Of a stretch of 64,000 nt of DNA, positions 46,528-60,938 are shown in pieces. Source of the stretch: the human T2T-CHM13v2.0 reference genome, Homo sapiens; the NCBI RefSeq assembly GCF_009914755.1, contig NC_060938.1; one strand, 5' to 3'. The notes beneath the pieces are model-generated. The model was not told the origin of the DNA. It was given only the letters and a program-made list of their open reading frames with translations, and made no database searches. The position numbers were made by a program, and so were the translations under genes. Each line of letters begins with the position of its first letter. Within the stretch, counting starts at the first letter, position 1.

Positions 46528-46945
46528 TAATACATGGTTATTTTTATGAAAAGTAGCTGTCAAGCCAGAGATACCTGAATATTTAGATTCTAACACTTTA
46601 TTTCATTGTTAACTTCTGGTTTTCAAGACTCAAAGTGAGACAGCTTGGTTGAATGCAGTAGTTCTTTAACTTTTAGGGTCGTTAAACCTAAAAGTTAAAG
46701 CATGGGCGATGAATGGTTTCAGGCCATTGCAAACAAGGGTTTAGGTGGTGCGTGTAGACAATTTGTATCTTTTTCTCTTAAGAACCCAAGAGATACTTTT
46801 AGAATCCCTAGTATAGGTAAAATTCCATGACCTAAAATACCACTTAGATGGAGAGTAAAATGATTTAGAGTTTTTTGTATACCCTAAAATAATTCACTTT
46901 ATGCTTCCCTTTATGTCCAGTTTACTCTGTAGTAGTAAATACTAA

Positions 46946-47235
46946 TTTTTTTGAGACAAGGTCTTATTCTGTCCCCTAGGCTGGAGTACAGTGGCATGAT
47001 CGTAGCTTACTACAGCCGTGAAATTCTGGGCTCAAGCAGTCCTCTGCCTCAGCCTCCTCAGTAGCTAGGACTATGGACACATGCCACCATTAGCATGCCT
47101 TTTTTCTTTTTTTTTTGTAGAGACAAGGTCTCACTATGTTGCCTAGGCTGGTCCTGAACTCCTGGTCTCAAGCAAGCCTCCCTCTTCAGCCTCCCAAAGT
47201 GCTGGAATTAACAGGTGTGAACCACTATACCAGCC
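46946..47235 (-). mobile_element. AluJ, antisense
   Basis: Diverged reverse Alu with J-type features. Confidence 0.9.
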
Positions 47236-47519
47236 TTAATTATTTTTAAATTAAGTTCTAAAGTTTCTTAACTCATATATTATTAGTATTACATGTATTT
47301 TTCAAAAAATCTGTTTAATAACCATTACAATAAAAATCTCAGTCTGACATAAAAGACGTCTAAGTCTTAGACTATAGTTCGTTTATTTCCAGCAATATCA
47401 AGTACACATTATGGAAATGGAAGAGAGTCCCTTGGAATTTTGCTATAGTGAGATTGGACTGGTATTATTTTAAAGGATTACATTTTCTCTTTTAACTTAA
47501 CTTTAAAAACCAATGTTCT

Positions 47520-48070
47520 TACCATTCAACCCTGCAATCTTATTACTGGGTATATACCTAAAGGAATATAAATCATTCTAACATAAAGACACATGCATGC
47601 GAATGTTTATTACAGCGCTATTCACAATAACAAAGACATGGAATCAACCTAAATGCCCATCAGTGGCAGATTGGAAAAAGAAAATGTGGTCCATATACAC
47701 CATGGAACACTAGGCAGCCATAAAAAGAATGAGATCATGTCCTTTTTAGGAACATGGATGGAACTGGTGGCCATTATTCTTAGCAAATTAACAGAGGAAC
47801 AGAAAACCTAATACTGCATCTTCTCACTTATAAGTGGGAGCTAAACGATGAGAACTCATGGATACAGTGAGGGAGAACAACAGACACTGGGGCCTACTTG
47901 AGAGTGGAGGCTGGGAGGAGGGAGAGGATCAGAAAAAAATAACTATTGTGTGCCAGGCTTAATACCTGGGTGACGAAATAATCTGTGCAACAAACCCTGT
48001 GACGTGAATTTACCTTTATAACAACAAACCCACACGTGTACCCTGAACATAAAATAAAAGTTAAAAAAAC
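47520..48070 (+). mobile_element. L1PA 3' end, sense, with poly(A) signal
   Basis: ccattcaaccctgcaatcttattactgggtatatacctaaagg...AATAAA at 48053-48058. Confidence 0.92.
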
Positions 48071-49270
48071 CCACAACATTGTTCTTTATAATACTGGGGT
48101 AGAGCTGGTGTTAGGAAGGCCACCAGGAGGCCTTGAGAGAAGGGGCTGCGTGTCCTGGACACAACATCATCGCTAGCTCAAGAAGGTGCAACAAGCCCAC
48201 AGTGTGTTTCCCAACCTTTTCTTATCCCAGTCATCTCCTGGCTCAGGCCATTAGGGCAGTCCAGGTTCGACACCAGACATATTTGCACAGGCTAGGTGTT
48301 TTTATCTTGTTTTGATTTTTTTTATTTGTCCCAGGGGAATGGAATACATAGCACTTTTGCTAGGTGGCAAAATGTGCCTCATCACTCTGCAACATAGGGA
48401 ATCAGGTAGGAAACAGTAATTTTTACATCAATTACAAAGGCAGGGATAATATTCTGTTCCTAGAGGTGTTCATTTGTTTTGTGATACCCCAGATATTCTC
48501 AGCTCCATCAAATGTAATGGACTTGGTAATAACAGAAAGGACATTGCTTGTCTCATTTTTTGATACTAATTACTGTTTTGTCATCTTTTTCTTTTTTCAT
48601 AGAATGCTGTCAGAATTCATGCCAGTTTTTCTTTGAAGTTAGAAAGTTAACTTCATTCTTGAAAAGAATGAAGTTATTGGCAATAGCAAATAATGCCTGG
48701 AGAGAAGTAAACAACTCAGGAAACTCGTCCTCCCCTTGCTTCTCATTGGTCTCATTCCCTAGCAATTTCTTGATCTCCAAAGGCAGAGAGGGACACAGGA
48801 GGCCTGTGATTCAGGGGAGAAGTGGAAAGGATCAACCTCTGCATGCAAGAAAATCATACAAATGCCATACAAATTCAAGTCAGAAATGGGCAGATTTCCT
48901 TTTGCATTTCTGAAAGTTCCTTTGAGTAAATGGAATGAACATAAAATTGCCTTAAACTCCAAGTGGAATCAGAAATCTTACTTTCTAAAAATAAAATTGG
49001 ATTGCACTTAGGGGGAAAAAAGGACCTATTCTTGTGTACTGATTCCCTTTTTCTGGAAATGATTATAAACTCCAGAAGTAAGCAGTAGACTGATTTTTTT
49101 TCAATTGCACAATTTGCTGCTGCTTATCAGGTGATAGTATTCTCTCTTCAAATATACATATTATTTTAGAATGTATTGAAACACTAAATGTTGATTGTAT
49201 GATGGGAAAAGAATGGCATAGAAAATAAGCCTAGTCTTATTAAAACTGTAGCAAAGTGTTGCTATTTTAA

Positions 49271-49474
<204 letters not shown>

Positions 49475-49824
49475 TGAAAAATATACTTAGAATATAGCGA
49501 TGATTTAAAAACATATGTTTTGGAAAAAACATCTTTTTTAAAATGGTGGACGGGTACAGTTTTCATGATCACTGTTAGGTAGAATATATATGACATTCTA
49601 CATGTTAGGTAGAATATATATGGGCATACTTTTTTTTATTTTAACTAATAGTGTAAGTCACACTAGTTGCTTCTTTCTCATTTAAAAACATTTAAACTGA
49701 ACGTTTTAAGAATTAATGTGTTTCATGTTAGATTCATAATGTTTTAGGTCTCTAGTTCATGTGACAAACCATAAAAGTGTTTGTTGTATGGTAAATCTAT
49801 TTTTAAATTGTTATTTTACATTCA

Positions 49825-50137
<313 letters not shown>

Positions 50138-50910
50138 TTATATTCAGCTAACTCAACCATTCAAATTTACCTTGCCCATTGGTCCAGGGATTAAAATAAA
50201 TTATATTGAATATGAAATAAATCATACTGTAGGTAAGTAAACATTTCACTCAAAATAGAAATTATTAACCATAATTATGCTATAGAATTTTTATATAAAC
50301 TTTCTTAATGCTGTGACAAAAATACATTAAGAGAGGACTTGTGAAAATTTTGAGGGCTATGAAAACTTTTTTTTTCATTGAAGAACTATTTAAACTAAGA
50401 TTTATTATTTAAGCCATAGATACATAAAAGGGAAGAAACCTGTCTCTGGTGTTTTTAGAGCAGTCATTAGGAAAAGAGAAATTCTTAATCTTAAAAGAAT
50501 AATATGATGAATTCAATTGAACAAATTATTAGGCATAGTACTTAATGCACTTTGTTGAATTAATGAATAATTATAATTTTTGGAGAAAACTTTATAAACA
50601 GATTTGTAAATATACAATTTTACATTTTTATAAGCAGTTGCAGTTATATCATGGATGCCGATTGATTAATTTGAACTTCAGTCTAGATTCTGACAAAAGC
50701 TATGTTATTTGTTAATAACATGGTTCCACACTATGATTTTAAACACTGTTTAGAATGTCAGCTCCTGTAGTTGAGAAGCATGGATTAGAAAGTGAATTAG
50801 ACCTAAACTCAAGTCCTCATTCTGTCACTTCCTGGATATGTGACATGGGGCTAATGATTTTTCCTCTCAGAGCTTCTGTTCCCTTATTTATGAAATGTAA
50901 GTCATCATTA

Positions 50911-51396
50911 TGTAAGTTAGGGTGCATTTGAATGCAAGAAACAGAATACCTGACTTAAATGACTGAGTTTTTAGCCTCACATGAGACGCAGTCTGGAGAT
51001 AGGTGATGTTAGGATTGATAATATGAGCAGTTCAGGGACGTCAGTTTCTGAGGCAGTTTTTCTGCCATTCTCTTGACTTTTCCCTCCCAGTCACAGGATG
51101 CATGCCCAGTTCCAAACATCACAACCTAAAACAAAGCACAGTGCTTCTTCTGGGGTATCTCCCTCTCTCTATTTATTGGAAATAACATGTGCCCCAGAAG
51201 CCCCCCAGCAGACCTCCACTCAGGCCCCACTGACCAATACTGAGTCATATACTCACACCTAAACTGCTTATTAGCAAAGGAGAATGACTAGACTGAGAAC
51301 ATTGCAGCCTGAGCTACCTGATCAAAATGAAGATTGCATTAGTGAAAAAGAAGAAGGTATTCACTGTTGAGTGGGCAATCAACAGTGTCTGATACA
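50911..51396. mobile_element. MaLR LTR (MLT1) inserted into a MIR
   Basis: tgtaagttagggtgcatttgaatgcaagaaacagaa...caatcaacagtgtctgataca; MIR pieces on both sides. Confidence 0.65.
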
Positions 51397-52055
51397 GTTA
51401 TTCTCACATAGCAAGGTTATTTTGAGAACCAAATGAGGAACAGTAAAGTCCATAGCACACAGTGGGTATGTAATTAATATTAATATCCTCCAGAACCAGA
51501 ACTATTGGGTAATAAAGCCTAATTCAGTAAGTATTTTTTGAGTATTTACAGTTTAGACTTAGATTAAAATTAATTTGTCATTTGCTGGGTAATGTCTTAC
51601 ATAAGACAAGTAAAACATAAGCACAATTTCTCAAATGATGATATCCGAACATAACAAAGCTTTGGTGGTGTTAATGGGAGTCTCTTCTTTAAAAAGAGGG
51701 AATGAATACATATCAAAGTATAGAGTTAAGTATGTGTTAAGTATAGAATTAAGTAAAATGATTTTTTCTAATATAAGTAAATTATTTAAATCAAAAGAAT
51801 GTGTAAACTTGTAAGGATATGTAATTAATATAGGGCTACTAATAAATTCAGATAATTTGAAATGCCAAAAGAGTTTTTAACTTTGAGGCCTAGATTATTA
51901 CATGATTGAGCTTCTCCAGGGCAGGGATTATATCTTATTCATTATAGATGAGCATACTTGATTTTTTTAATGAATAAAATAATGGCTATTTTGTCTAGGT
52001 TGTCTAGTCTGGCCATCAAAGGCATTTCAATTTCAGCAAACATGATTTGAGAACT

Positions 52056-52346
52056 GGCCAGGTGTGGTGGCTCACGTCTGTAATCCCAGAACTTTGGGAG
52101 GCCAAGGCGGGTGGAGCACTTGAGGCCAGGAGTTCGACACCAGCCTGGCCAACATGGTGAAACCCCGTGTCTACCAAAAATACAAAAATTAGTCGGGTGT
52201 AGTGTCATGTGCCTGCAATCTCAGCTACTTGGGAGGCTTAGGTAGGAGAATGAACCCAGATGGCGGAGCTTGCAGTGGGCTGAGATCATGCCACTGTACT
52301 CCAGCCTGGGTGACAGAGTGAGACTGTCTCAAAATAATAATAATAA
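52056..52346 (+). mobile_element. AluS
   Basis: Full dimer; TSD atttgagaac. Confidence 0.9.
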
Positions 52347-52574
52347 ATTTGAGAACCGTTCTATGCCAGGCAGTGTGCTAGGTGCAGATACACAGAGATG
52401 AAAAAATACAGTGCCTTTTTTCTAGGAGCTCACAGTCTGGTGAGGAACAGGCTCTCATAGAGGTGAGTACAAAGTACTAGAGGATCATGCCATTCTGGCT
52501 ATGGAGACAGAGGAGGGCATCAGAGGAAGTGATATTTACAGTGGTTCTGAAAGTTGAATACACGTTCTCTAGGT

Positions 52575-52864
52575 CAGTGGTCCCCAACCTTTTTTACACC
52601 AGGGACCGGTTTTGTGAAGGACAGTATTTCCACAGACTGGGGGTTGGGGGTGGGGGTGGGGAATGGTCTCGGGATGAAACTGTTCCACCTGAGATCATCA
52701 GGCATTAGATTCTCTTAAGGAGCATGCAGCTTAGATCTCTCACATGTGCAGTTCACAATAGGTTCACACTCCTGTGAAAATCTAATGCTGCCACTGATCT
52801 GACAGGAGGCAGAGCACAGCAGTAATGCTGGCCCCTGCTGTGCGGCCCAGTATGGGGACCCCTG
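52575..52864. mobile_element. MER1B hAT-Charlie element
   Basis: TIRs cagtggtcccca ... tggggacccctg; perfect 8-bp TSD ctctaggt (52567-52574 and 52865-52872). Confidence 0.9.
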
Positions 52865-53039
52865 CTCTAGGTATAAGAATGGGGGAAGGTCCTTCTGGGG
52901 AGTCAAATGCGGGAGGTAAATTGGAAGAAGGTACTGATGTGACTGATGATAGTCATAATAAAATCCAAAGTTTACATCACTAAAAAAGTAATCAGTACCA
53001 CATTCTCAGTTGTGCTTATATTTTTCAATTATATATATA

Positions 53040-53080
53040 TTAGGTTGGTGCAAAAGTAATTTAGGTTTTTGCCATTACTT
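53040..53080 (+). mobile_element. Half MADE1 (Hsmar1 MITE), single TIR
   Basis: ttaggttggtgcaaaagtaatttaggtttttgccattactt following a (TA)n run. Confidence 0.85.
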
Positions 53081-53133
53081 GATAAACTTGATTCTTTCTA
53101 AGAAATATATTAAAAGTCTGACATTATGTGTGA

Positions 53134-53295
<162 letters not shown>

Positions 53296-56200
53296 TAAGC
53301 ATTCTTTTTATATAATAGCTTTTCTAAAATCTTAAGCTTTTCTAAAATTGTTTCTGTAGCAGTTGTGCATCATCCAAAAGACCAATTTTCTCTGCCTATT
53401 TCCCTGTCACTGGTGAGATTATCTTTGTAATTAAATTGAATATCTGTGCATAAATGAGGCCAGGCAGAAATAAATGTTATTGTTTTGGATAAAGGAAAAA
53501 TACAGACAGATTAGCAAGAACAGCAAATAAGATCTTAGTACAATTCACAGAAATTGGAGATGTGCCTGCCTACTTGAAATCATTGCAGGTGGATGGCAAG
53601 CAATTATAGTTCCCCTGATCAACACTATGGCCCCCCTTTTAAGTGTAAAGCAAATGTTTTCAGGAATAATCACTATATAAAAATAGCTTAAGAATTTTTA
53701 TAAAGGATAAGACATTTTTATAAATAAGAAAAACACCTACAGTTTATGCTAGCTGAGATAAAATATGAGAATTGTGAATTCTATACTTGAGAACATAAAA
53801 TTATTTGTCGTTAGGTCAAGAATAAATAATTCCTCCGATGGCACAGTGTTGAACATTTCTTCTGCCATGAAGTGCTTGAGATTGTCCAGAGCTTGAAGAA
53901 GAAACACTTATTTCATGATTTATTTTTTCTTATAAAGAAGACTTCCGAATGTCTTTGTAAATCCCAAAGTTAAATTATCCCTTGCTAAGAACATAATAAT
54001 GTGGTATTTTGGGTGTTTAGAGCCTGAAGTTTATATGGCTCGTGGAGTAAACGACAGTAATGGTTATAAATGCGCTGTGAGAGTAACATTTAATTATTCT
54101 ATTCTAGATAAAATATTAGGAACCATTAACATCCCCAAGTTGGCATTTTTGTGAATTTTCGAGAATTCAATCCCACAAGCATTTACTGAATGTCTACTGT
54201 GTTACAGCTTGTATTAGGCTCCAGCAGTAGAAAGATGAATGGGACTCAGTTCCAAATCCAAATAGAACACAATCTAGTTGTATACATACATAGATGTGAA
54301 TACAACTAGCCATAATTTGGTGGGATAAGTTCTATACTATCAATGCCTTGTAAAGTGTCAGACATAGTATATACTCAATAGGTGTTTACTGAATAGATAG
54401 ATGATTTAACTGACAACATATGCCAAGTATTCTGGCAGCATGGATAAGGAAGCCATTAATTCTGTTTGGGGACATTCATTCAGCATTTATTTAATAAAAA
54501 TTGCATGTCCAAAATGTTCCAAGAACAATATGATGGAAGTATTGTATGCTCTTTGAGGAAACTCTAAACAACACGGAAAAGTGTGAAGACGATCAGTATC
54601 ATCTGTCTCCCAAGGACAGCTGCTGTTAATATTTTGATAAATATTGTTGGATTCCACTCACCTTTAACATAAATGACTTATTTTTAAAACATACACATAT
54701 TCATACATACTGTATTATATATAGCTGAGATATCATTTTCTGTCCAATTTTTTTAACCTACCATTATATCATAAGCATTTCCCCATGTATATTATTGTCA
54801 TTGTTGGCTAATATTCTCATAAGACGCATAATAATTTAACGAATATTCTATTTTTGGGATATTCTGTTTCTAGACTTTTGCTCTTATAATATACAATTAT
54901 GATAAACATTCTGCCCCATAAAGTTTTGTTAATGTTTTTGACTAACAAAGATCACTGCATAAATATGACTTATTTAATATCAGTTTTTAAAATAGTTTTT
55001 AAATTTAAAAGTTTCATGTGCTTGTTACAGAATGAGAAATGTTTTTAAAAACTGGAAGAAAACAGGGTCCTATTCACTCAGAAACAACACATATATAAAA
55101 AATGCATATTTTTTACAAAGGTGAAAGCATAAGTGTCCTGTTTTTTATATTTACTATCATAAAACAATTTCCTTATGTTTTTACAAACTTTGTAAATACA
55201 TGTACTGTAATTTAAAAATAATAAGCAAATAAAACTATTAGGAGATATTTAACATGATCTAATTTTAACTATAATAAAATTATACCTACAACAACTGCTT
55301 TTGTATATGTAGGGTTTTTTGTGGAGGGGCAGAATTTTAAATTATTAGTATAGATTCTCAGAAGTAAAATTACTAACTCAAAGGACATGCATTATTTAAA
55401 GGCATGTGATAGAGATATTTTTCCCCCCCAAAGGGATGGACCATCATCATATGAAAGTTATCTAAATGCATACCTCTGAAAGGAAGCTAGCTAATGTTTA
55501 GTGAGCACCTGTTATTTTAACATGCAGTAATATTTACTTTTCTTGTTAGGGGGTGTGGTATACAGTTCTATGAATTTTAACCCGTGTATACATTTGTGTA
55601 ACCACCACAACAGTCAGGACACAGAGCAGTCCATGATTCCATAAATTTTCTTGTGCTGCTCCCGTATAGTCACACTGTCTCCTCAGGCCTAACCCTGGCA
55701 ACCACTGATCTGTTCTTCATTATTATAGCTTTACCTTTTCCTGAGTGTCATATAAATAGAATCAAAGTATGTAACCTGTTGATATTGGCATATTTCACTT
55801 AGTGTAGTGCCTTTGAGAACCATCCTAGTTGCTGTGTATATCAATAGTTTATTCTTTTTGTTTCTAAGTAATATTTCATTGTATGGATGTACTGTAGTTT
55901 GTTTATCCATTTACTCATTGAAGGACAGTTGGGTTGTTTCAAGTTTGGGGCATTTATAAATAGAGCTGCTATAAACATTCATAAACAGGTTTGTGTGTGA
56001 GTATGTTTTCTGCATAGGGTTGGGATTGAGTTGTTTTCTTATTGTTGAGTTTTGAAAGTTCTGTTTATATTCTAGGTACGCAACCTCTGTCAAATATGCA
56101 GTTTGTAAATATTTTCTCGCAGTTGCTTGTCTTTTACAAGTGTCTTTTGCAGAGCAAAACTTTATTTCTTTGAAGCTCAAATTCAGTTTTTTTCTATGAA

Positions 56201-56659
56201 TTATATTTTTGGTATCATATCTAAGAACTCTTTGCCTAATGCCAGATCACAAAGATTTTCTCATGTTTTCTTCTATGAGTTCTATAGTTTTGTTTTTGTG
56301 TTTGGATGTCAAATTGTCCTTATACTCTTTGCTACAAAGATTATCCTTTCTTCATTGCATTGTATTTGTACTTTTCGCTGTCTATACAAATGAAAAAAAA
56401 TCTTCTGGGGTTTTTTATTGGTTTTAACTTAATTCGTGTTTTTGTGGTTTATCTTTTATCATCCTTTTGTTTCTAACCAACCTATATCATATTTAAAATA
56501 GGTGTTTTATAGACAGCATATATTTGAGTCTTATTTTACTATCTCAGATCTCTATTTTTAATTGCTATGTCTCCACCATTTGCATTTAATATAAATATTG
56601 ATATGTTTAGATGTATGTCTACTATTATCTTTTTTTAGATTAGTTGACTTTTTGTATTT

Positions 56660-56958
56660 CTTTTTTTTTTTTCTTTTGAGATGGAGTCTCACTCTGTCAC
56701 CCAGGCAGGAGTACAGTGGCACAATCTTGGCTCACTGCAACCTCCACCTCCCAGGTTATAGCGATTCTCCTGCCTTAGCCTCCTGAGTAGCTGGGATTAC
56801 AGGCATGTGCCACCAAGCCCAGCTAATTTTTGTATTTTTAGTAGAGATGGGGTTTCACCATGTTGGCCAGGCTGGTCTTGAACTCCTGACCTCAAGTGAT
56901 CCATCTGCCTTGGCCTCCCAAAGTGCTAGGATTACAGGCGTGAGCCACCACGCCTGGC
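56660..56958 (-). mobile_element. AluS (Sx/Sz-like), antisense
   Basis: TSD tgactttttgtatttcttt at 56645 and 56959. Confidence 0.92.
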
Positions 56959-57520
56959 TGACTTTTTGTATTTCTTTTAAAAATGTTTATTGAGATTTTT
57001 TACTATATCGCTTGGTAAAGTTTTTGTTTTTGTTGTTTTTTTTTTTTTTTTGAAGCTGGTTGCTGTTGAGATTACAGCATCCATACTTAACTTTTCATGG
57101 TATACTTAGGAGTAATAATTTACCACTTCAAGCAGAATGTGATAACCTTACTGTCATATAAGTCTTTTACTTTTTGTGTTACATATTATGTCAGATAGGG
57201 TCGTTTTTATTTCAGTTGTCATACATATATTAAAGAACTTAAGAGAAAAAAATATTCTACAATATTTATCAGATACTTACCAGATCTGTTGTTCTTTCTT
57301 CAATCCTGATATTCCACATTTTCCTCTTGTATGATTTCCCTTCGTTCTGAGGATATTCCTTAAGTATTTCTTTTAAACCAAAACTATTAGCCGTGAATTC
57401 TCTTAGTTTTCCTTTATCTGAAAATGTCTTTATTTCATCTTCCTTTTTGAAGGATATTTGTGGAAATAGATTCTGGGTTGATAATACTGTTTTCCTCAGC
57501 ATTTTAAAAATGTTACTTTA

Positions 57521-57833
<313 letters not shown>

Positions 57834-58726
57834 TAAGTTAATTTTTTTGGCCTGTGTAGCTTCTAATTAGAAATCCACAGTAATTCAAATAATTGTTCCC
57901 CTAGGTGAAATCTATTGTTTTTCTCTGGCCATTTTCAAGACTTTTTATTTGTCTTTAGTTTTCAGCAGTTTGATTATGATATATTTTAGCATGGATTTCT
58001 TTGCGTTAACTTGTTTGGAGTTTGCCAAATTTCTTCAACCTGTAAGATTGTATCTTTCACAAAATTTGGGAATTTTTCATACATTATGTCTTTAAATAAT
58101 TTTTCCTGTTTCACAGTCTTTCTTTTCTCCTTCTGAGACTCTGATGAAATGAATTTAGACCTTTTGGTATTGTCCCACAGATGCCTGAACTCTTTGCTTT
58201 TTTTTCAGTGTTTTTCTTTTTTTGTTTAAATTGTATCTTTTTTTTTCTATGTCTTCAAATTCCCTGACATACTGTCTTGCCAAACTTATATTAAGCCATT
58301 TGGTTCCTTTTTATATATTTTACTTTTTGTTGAGCTTCTCCATCTTTCCTTTTGTTTCTAGAGTATTTGCCCTTCCTTCTTGATGCATGCTTATAATAGT
58401 TGTTTTAAAGTCTTTGACAATTCTAGCATTTGTGTCATCTTAGAATAGACATCTATTGATTGTTTTTTCCCTTATGAGTTGAGATTTTTCTGGTTCTTCA
58501 TATGCCTAGTAATTTTGGATTGTATCCTGGACATTTTGAATATTTGGGTCTTATTTAAATCCCAAGGAGAATGATGACTTTTTGGTCTGTTTGTTTAGCA
58601 AGCCCTTGGCCAAGTTAATCTCAGGTTTCAAATTCTGGCCTGCCTTCTGTGAACTGTGGTTGCAATACCGGTTCTGTTTCCAAAGCATTTGCAGTGCTAT
58701 TTGGATTAATCCCATGTGTGTGCTAC

Positions 58727-59782
<1,056 letters not shown>

Positions 59783-60384
59783 CTACCAGGTACCCAGTCT
59801 GGAACCTGGGTGGTGGTCTGTCCTGTGGTTAATTTTACGAACTCTGTTTAGGGTCAGACCTGTGCATGCTCAGCTCAGAGATAAGCTGAGGATACAACTT
59901 TATGGCATTGCTCTCTGCATCTCTCTCCTTTCTGTGGTCACCCCATTACTTTCCAGCTTGCTGGGGCCTTCCTTTTTGGTTCTCTAGCCAGAAAGCTGGG
60001 GCTTTAATTTCTTTCTTCTGCTGTGCCCTTCCTGTGACTGTGTCTGCATCTGGAGCCAGACTGAAGGACAGAGAGAAAAAGCAATGGAGATTTGCCCCAC
60101 ACTCTTGGAAGCACAATGCCTCTGCTTAGAGAGAAGGGCTCCCCTCTCTCAGAGTTTTGGGTGCCTGCCAACCCACCACTACTATCACTATGCTGCTGCC
60201 TCCGCTAATGCCACGATGTTGCCTGGCACCTGGGAAAGGAGAGAAAGAAAAAGACCTGGGGGATTCCCTCCACTCTCTTCAAACCTTGGTCCCCTGTGCT
60301 ACTTCTTGGGCTGCAAAAAATGGGGGGACTTTTCTTGGAGCTTTTTTTATCCTTATTTGAGACATACTTCTGAGTTTTAAGCTT

Positions 60385-60513
60385 CCTTTTTTCCCCCATG
60401 AGATGGGGGTCTTGCTGTGTTGCCCAGGCTGGTCTCAAACCCCTGGCCTCAAGCGATTCTCCCACCTCAGCCCCAAAGTGCTGGGATTACAAGTGTGAAC
60501 CACCATGTCCAGC
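60385..60513 (-). mobile_element. Alu monomer (FLAM / left arm), antisense
   Basis: Single reverse Alu arm. Confidence 0.85.
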
Positions 60514-60761
60514 CTCTATTATGCTTTGAGACTGTTAATTATATTAGATATCTCATTAGTCTTCAACAGTTCTGAAAGATAGTTGCCATACCTCTTTCAC
60601 AAGTGAGAAGACTAAACACAGGTAGTTAAGTAATTTTTCCAAAATCATATAGGTAATAACTGTTGGGAAAAAATCTAAAAATGATCTTTCATGAATTATA
60701 TTTACTTAACATTTAAAACTTTAAATTTTAAGTACATCATGTATTTTTCTGTTTCCAACAG

Positions 60762-60938
60762 AAAAGAAACATTTGTTTGCATAGGAATTCATGAAGGCGA
60801 CCCAACCTGGAAAAAGAACTATTCACTTTGGCCATGGGGGTCTTGTGACAAATTAGTTCCTTTGGAGATTGTATTCAACCCTGAGGAATGGATTAAACTT
60901 ACAAAAAGTATCTATAACTGGACCGAAGAATATGGAAG
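60762..60938 (+). CDS. TMEM260: TMEM260 exon 13 (177 nt, c.1548-1724): [58 protein letters not shown](R)
   Basis: Acceptor ttctgtttccaacag, donor AAG|gtatga; ORF 60691..61041; sequons N535 (NYS) and N568 (NWT). Confidence 0.97.

Noticed and set aside
49573-49622. Repeat-spacer-repeat layout resembling a minimal CRISPR array
   Set aside because: Only two repeats, a 10-bp spacer, primate intron, no cas genes
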